64,000 nt of DNA from an uncultured Alphaproteobacteria bacterium (GTDB lineage: Bacteria; Pseudomonadota; Alphaproteobacteria; JALCBB01): positions 41,726-105,725 of the forward strand of contig OY279575.1 in NCBI GenBank assembly GCA_958267355.1, written 5' to 3'. Under the pieces are notes generated by a model, which was not told the origin of the DNA, did not search any database, and worked only from the letters and a program-made list of their open reading frames with translations. Positions 59,181 through 64,000 of the stretch are shown here, piece after piece. A program made the position numbers and the translations under genes. The first letter of the stretch is position 1; each line of letters starts with the position of its first letter.

Positions 59181-61151
59181 TTAGCCCATTGGGCCGCCGT
59201 CGTCGCGGGTGATGGCGATGACGGAAGAGCGCGGTACAGAGTTGCCTGCGTCTGGCCAGTGGCTTTCGCCGTTGCCTTCGCCTGGATGTTGAACTCCGAC
59301 AAACATGGTGCGTAGGTCAGAGCTCCAAGTAGCGCCTGTGATTTCGCACTCTTTTGGGCCGACGAGAAAGCGTTTTATTTCGCCGCTGGCGGGGTTGGCG
59401 AAGAGCATTTGGTTGTTGCCTTGGCTTGCGTAGTCGCCTTCGTTTGAGTAGTTGCCATCGGTTTGGATCCAGAGTCCGCCTTGGGTGTCAAATGAGATTC
59501 CGTCTGGTGAGTTGAAGTGGTTGTCTTGGGTTATGTTTGCTGAGCCTGCGTAGGCGTCGCTATGCACTGACGGATTGCCTGCGGTTACGAACAGGTCCCA
59601 GGCGAAGGTTTCGGCTCCGTGGTCGCCGCCTGCTGGACGCCAACGCACGATTTGTCCGTAGTTATTTTTTTCGCGTGGGTTTGGCCCGTTGGTTGGAGTT
59701 GGGTCTCCGCCTGCGTTGGGTTTTACGCCGCGATTTTTGTTGTTGGTGAGAGCGCAATAGGCTTCGCTTGCTCGCGGATTGACGGTTACCCATTCGGGTC
59801 TATCCATGGTTGTGGCTCCGACTTTGGAGGCGGCAATTCGGGCGAAGATGCGGTTTTCGGCGTCTGACATACCTGTGGTTTCGGGAGTTAAATCCATCCA
59901 CTTGCCTTTGCCGTTGTCGTCAAAGATGGCGACGGCGAGGGTTCCTTCGGCGAGCAGCTCGCTGTTGTCGGCACTAGGATTGTATCGTCCTGAAGAGACG
60001 AAGCGGTAGAGAAATTCGCCGCGTTCGTCGTCGCCGAGATACACGACTGCGTGTCCGTCAGCGGAGAGTGCGAAAGCGGCGTTTTCGTGTTTAAAACGCC
60101 CGAGAGCCGTGCGCTTTTTGGGGGCTGATTGTGGGTCAAAGGGGTTTATTTCTACGATCCAGCCTGCGCGATGGGACTCATTCGGGTGCTTGGCGATATC
60201 AAACCGCTCGTCAATGCGTGCGAAGTTGTAGCCCCAATCTTCGTGTCCGATGCCGTAGCGTTTCCACTCGGGCGTGATGGCGAGGTCAGGATCAGAGGAC
60301 AAGAAATAGCCGTTGAAGTTTTCTTCGCAGGTAAGGTAGGTGCCCCAAGGGGTTTGTCCGTTGCCGCAGTTGTTCCAAGTGCCGAGAGCCAGCGTGCCTG
60401 AGGGGTCAGCTTCGGTGCGCAGGAGTGCATGGCCGCGGGCGGGACCTGTTAGGCTCATCGGCGTGGCGGGCGTAATCCGCCGATTATACGGAGAGTCAAT
60501 TACAGCACGCCATTGTCCGTTGTTTGTGGCAACTTCTACGATGCTGACTCCGTGTGAAGCCATAACCTTGCGCACATCGTCGTCGTTGGCGGGCAATCCG
60601 TCTGGACGATTTCCCGTGATGATTTCTAAGTTGGCGTATTCGTTATTGACGACAAGCAGTTGTGTATTGCCCCGAGAGAAAAAACTCATACCATCGCAGT
60701 TGTCGCCAAAGGCGCGTTCTTGGCTGGCTCCGTTTCCGCGTGTGTTGTGGTTGAAGTCTGGAGTGCTGCTCCACATGGGGTCACCCCAGCTGATGACGCG
60801 GTGCCACGAGAATCCTTGTGGCAAAGTGATGGTATCGGCGGTGCTGGTTTGGATGGGTTTGAAATCCAACCATCCGTGTCCTGAGGCGAGAGCTGAGCGC
60901 ACGGCTCCTGTGCTGTTTGCAACGCTACGGACAAAAGCAGCAGCTCCGACTGCGGCGGCTCCGCCGAGAAAAGAGCGGCGGGCGTAGCGGCGTTCGCAGA
61001 TGACAGAAAAATCGCTTGCTTCGGGACGTGGATCGCGCAGTTCATCAAACTCATCAAAGGACAAACGCGCCTTGCGCAAGCTTTTATGTTTCTTACCTTG
61101 GACTGTAGGTGTCAGGGTAGTTGTCAGGGTAGTTGTCAGAGTGGAGGTCAT
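59181..61151 (-). CDS. phoX: PhoX-type (DUF839) alkaline phosphatase with Tat signal
   Basis: RRSFLGGAAAVGAAAF twin-arginine signal and GTWNNCGNGQTPWGTYLTCEEN. N-terminal TTLTTTLTPT repeat. Confidence 0.8.
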   Translation of the reverse strand: MTSTLTTTLTTTLTPTVQGKKHKSLRKARLSFDEFDELRDPRPEASDFSVICERRYARRSFLGGAAAVGAAAFVRSVANSTGAVRSALASGHGWLDFKPIQTSTADTITLPQGFSWHRVISWGDPMWSSTPDFNHNTRGNGASQERAFGDNCDGMSFFSRGNTQLLVVNNEYANLEIITGNRPDGLPANDDDVRKVMASHGVSIVEVATNNGQWRAVIDSPYNRRITPATPMSLTGPARGHALLRTEADPSGTLALGTWNNCGNGQTPWGTYLTCEENFNGYFLSSDPDLAITPEWKRYGIGHEDWGYNFARIDERFDIAKHPNESHRAGWIVEINPFDPQSAPKKRTALGRFKHENAAFALSADGHAVVYLGDDERGEFLYRFVSSGRYNPSADNSELLAEGTLAVAIFDDNGKGKWMDLTPETTGMSDAENRIFARIAASKVGATTMDRPEWVTVNPRASEAYCALTNNKNRGVKPNAGGDPTPTNGPNPREKNNYGQIVRWRPAGGDHGAETFAWDLFVTAGNPSVHSDAYAGSANITQDNHFNSPDGISFDTQGGLWIQTDGNYSNEGDYASQGNNQMLFANPASGEIKRFLVGPKECEITGATWSSDLRTMFVGVQHPGEGNGESHWPDAGNSVPRSSVIAITRDDGGPMG

Positions 61152-61378
61152 AGTCTTTACTCCTAATGTTTGTGTGTGCCTGTGCGGTTTGTCTAGTATA
61201 CACCATTGAATTGACTTTCTGCCTATGCCTTGTGCCCGCCCACCTTAAGTTGCTCTTGTAAGCTATTGTGCGCACTACTGTTTCGTACCCGTCCGTTGCT
61301 ACTTATCGCCCCCAACCCCCAACTCGGGCGGCTTTTTTGTACAAAACACCTCTTACTTACATTCTATTTTTTGAGAGA

Positions 61379-61500
61379 GGCTCTATTACCCCCTCGGGAC
61401 GGAGGGGGTCGCGTTGCCGAAGGCAACGCGGGGGGTGGGGCGGGCGCACTTGCCGCAGGCAAGTGCGAGGGAACGCGCCCGCAAGGGCGCAAAAAAGTCC
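61379..61500 (+). repeat. GC-hairpin module of the ggggggtggggYggg-core type, inverted relative of 37785-37890
   Basis: See finding: same flanks and core as 37785-37890, with three hairpins replaced by different perfectly paired stems. Confidence 0.85.
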
Positions 61501-61552
61501 AAGCCTATGCAGGGCAAGTCGCTACCTAGCCCCCCTTTTTTTGAAGGAGTTT

Positions 61553-64000
61553 TTATCTCCAATTGTCTTTAAAGTCGCTCTCCAACCCTTTAATTTTATC
61601 TGGCAAATTTTCACCTGAACAGGTGAGTCCTAAAAATGTTGCTGCTCTTGTTGCGCCGACATAAAGGTATTTATCAAATAAATCTGGATTCTCTTCCGCG
61701 AGCTTATCAATATTGACAAAGAACACGGCTTCAAACTCAAGACCTTTTATGTACTGAGCATCAACGACTCTTATTTCTTTATCTTTACCAAGATTTTTAC
61801 CATCGTGACATGCAACAGCATTTAAATTATGCTCGAACAAATAATTGTTTAAGGAATCGGTAAGAGGGTCAACCTCCTCCTTGGATGAGACGAGAACAGC
61901 CGTTGTTGGGACAAAATTTATTTCCTTCTCAATTTCACAAATACGTTCAGTGAGCCACTGAGCAACCCCCTCGAGTTTATCCAAGCTTTTTCCGATTACA
62001 GGACGAACACCCTCACTGTTGATTTCACTCGGAATCTCCATGGTTCTGAGATCGCCGTGGCTAATTTTCACGAGACTGTATGCAAATTCTCGTAATTGTC
62101 TACTGTGCCGATAGGTAATTTGAAATGACCTCTTGTCTAATTTTGGCAAAGCCCAGTTAAGTTCCTCTGGTGTTTTACAACCCCATGCGGTTATGCGTTG
62201 ATTGAAGTCTCCGCAAGCAGAGAAAGATTGAATTTGCGGATTTGAAAGCGCAGACATACAAGCGATTTGAATCGGCGAGAAGTCGGTTACTTCATCCACG
62301 ATAATTTGATTGCGCGACAGGTCTCTAATTTTCTTCAAGCCTGGATACTTACGATCATCTGCATCTCTAAAAATGTCATAATTCTCAAGCAGAGTGGCAC
62401 CCTTGCCAAGAATGGCTAAGAGCATTAAGTCAATTTCAAATACAGAGATTTGGTTTTCGCCAAAGCTTTCGGATTTATACCACACCCCTTTATTTTTTCT
62501 GTCTCTCCTAAATTGCCTGTACCTTGACGGAATCCCTCGCGTATATATACGAAGCGGGTTCAAAAATTTTCTAGCATGGGTTTGAATGTACAGACTTTCA
62601 CCAATGATTTGCAGGGTTTCTTCATCGGGTTTGCGATCGCCTAACCAATCAGCTATGTGCGCAGTGCGACTCCCCTTTCTTGGGTTTCTTTTCGTATATC
62701 TGGCACGAGCGATTGAACGAATAGCCCCTCTATAGGCATTGGCGGCGGCTTCATGTCCAAAAATCTCTTCTTCCTCATCTTCGTCTGGTTCAAGATTCGG
62801 ATTGCTCTCAGCAGCTTGTTGTTCTTTATCAAATTTTTGAATTAATTCAGCTAAGGAATTTAGAAAATTTGCGTCCGCATTCACTTGGCGATTGAGCACA
62901 GGTTCGATTTTATTCTTAGTCAGCTCTCTCTCATAAGAAAGTCGTTTTTCTATATCTTGTTCGCAATCGCCGATTTCACGAAGCAACGAAACATTTATTT
63001 TTCCGTTGGCAGTGGGGAGAATATCCAACAACTTGCTTCCTATTCTAGAGACTTCTGGTTCTTTATGGTCGGCGAGATTTTGTGCAGAGGTGCGAATTTC
63101 TTTCATAAACATTTCTGTTTGAAATGAATCAAAGTCCTCGAACCAAGCAATTTGCTTTGAGAGGGTTTCTTCCTTAAGGGGGGAATTTATTTCCCCGAAG
63201 AAGGAGTTTATGTCTCTGATAAGAAAATTTATATCCTTGCACACAAATCCTCTTGTCTCATTACTTTTTCTTAAAATATTAAATTCATCTCGTGCTAAAT
63301 CCCGTGCATGCTCAAACCAAGTTCGCACTTGAAAGCTTGAGGCAGCAACGCCTTCTCGAGCATAGGTTTCTTGTAGGTACATTCTCAGCAATTCTGTAGG
63401 AGCGAATGTAAGCCAGCTCCTCTCGTGCTCTGTGCTTTCTGCAAACCGAGCCCTTTTAATTATTCCTTCTTCGCGCTCGTCAAGGTGCTCTGTACTTGTT
63501 TTTTGGTTAAGACGATGAATTAAGGTTGTCGTTTTTCCCGTACCAGGCGGACCGAAAATAACCAGTTCTGTGTTGAGTGGAAGGCGAAAAATTTCATCTT
63601 GATTACGATCCAAAATTGATTGGACACGCAAACCAACCTTTTTCAATCGGTCACGATTAATTCCTTGCGTAATATTCTCGCTTTCAATTTCTTTTTTAAC
63701 TTCTCTGCCATCTTCTAAAGCAGGAATTTCTGCCCCTTTCGGAGGCAGGGCACGAAGGGATGTAATTGTAAGCGCAGGAAAGCCTTTCTTGTAGAACTTT
63801 GTGGGTGTAGAGTCCCAATCTTCTGCGCGAACAGGATTTAATTCAGCCTTTTCTAAAACTAAGAAAGTTTTAGTATCACCCTTTATATTTACATCAATTT
63901 CTTCTCCTGCCTTGGCAGAGGCAATGCGCCCCATATTCCCCCCATAGGCAGTAAAACCCTGAACCCCCTCCACCTTTGTTCCAGGAGAAGGAGCACTACC
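61553..64000 (-). CDS. SF1 (UvrD/PcrA-like) helicase-family ATPase with unknown N-terminal region; N-terminus runs off the window
   Basis: Walker A VIFGPPGTGKTTT, Walker B IIVDEVTDFSP, C-terminal IKGLEFEAVFFV and LYVGATRAAT. The frame stays open from 63973 to 64000. AT-rich. Confidence 0.75.
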   Translation of the reverse strand, partial: GSAPSPGTKVEGVQGFTAYGGNMGRIASAKAGEEIDVNIKGDTKTFLVLEKAELNPVRAEDWDSTPTKFYKKGFPALTITSLRALPPKGAEIPALEDGREVKKEIESENITQGINRDRLKKVGLRVQSILDRNQDEIFRLPLNTELVIFGPPGTGKTTTLIHRLNQKTSTEHLDEREEGIIKRARFAESTEHERSWLTFAPTELLRMYLQETYAREGVAASSFQVRTWFEHARDLARDEFNILRKSNETRGFVCKDINFLIRDINSFFGEINSPLKEETLSKQIAWFEDFDSFQTEMFMKEIRTSAQNLADHKEPEVSRIGSKLLDILPTANGKINVSLLREIGDCEQDIEKRLSYERELTKNKIEPVLNRQVNADANFLNSLAELIQKFDKEQQAAESNPNLEPDEDEEEEIFGHEAAANAYRGAIRSIARARYTKRNPRKGSRTAHIADWLGDRKPDEETLQIIGESLYIQTHARKFLNPLRIYTRGIPSRYRQFRRDRKNKGVWYKSESFGENQISVFEIDLMLLAILGKGATLLENYDIFRDADDRKYPGLKKIRDLSRNQIIVDEVTDFSPIQIACMSALSNPQIQSFSACGDFNQRITAWGCKTPEELNWALPKLDKRSFQITYRHSRQLREFAYSLVKISHGDLRTMEIPSEINSEGVRPVIGKSLDKLEGVAQWLTERICEIEKEINFVPTTAVLVSSKEEVDPLTDSLNNYLFEHNLNAVACHDGKNLGKDKEIRVVDAQYIKGLEFEAVFFVNIDKLAEENPDLFDKYLYVGATRAATFLGLTCSGENLPDKIKGLESDFKDNWR

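Overview
Alphaproteobacterial chromosome segment. Support: 16S/23S/5S sequence, recA-alaS synteny, and DUF1244/DUF1489 genes. GC-rich core genes are: a NuoE/F-like oxidoreductase, Fe3+ ABC components, MFS transporter, M23 peptidase, rarD, lipB, mgtE, nadK, uvrB, gor, trkH, Trx-TPR, alaS, recA, qNOR and PhoX. Visibly AT-richer cassettes interrupt them: TPR-membrane paralogs, three methyltransferase/restriction modules, a Fic protein, a cluster of acidic-repeat and superinfection-immunity-like membrane proteins, a poly-glycine-zipper membrane protein, a PD-(D/E)xK-like orphan and an SF1 helicase. No integrase or transposase ORF is visible. Main points: (1) the rRNA operon keeps its gene order but has cassettes in all three spacers, and a terminator follows 16S. 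(2) alaS carries an in-frame AT-rich array of about 7 TPR units. (3) Intergenic DNA next to the cassettes holds a family of modular GC-hairpin elements with conserved C/G-run cores. Between copies the stems are replaced by different, fully compensated stems, and some copies have extra hairpins nested in their loops. (4) A restriction-modification unit sits in the 3' end of the NuoE/F-like gene and is flanked by a diverged duplication of that gene end, about 90 bp long. All calls come from reading the sequence and ORF translations; no database search was possible.
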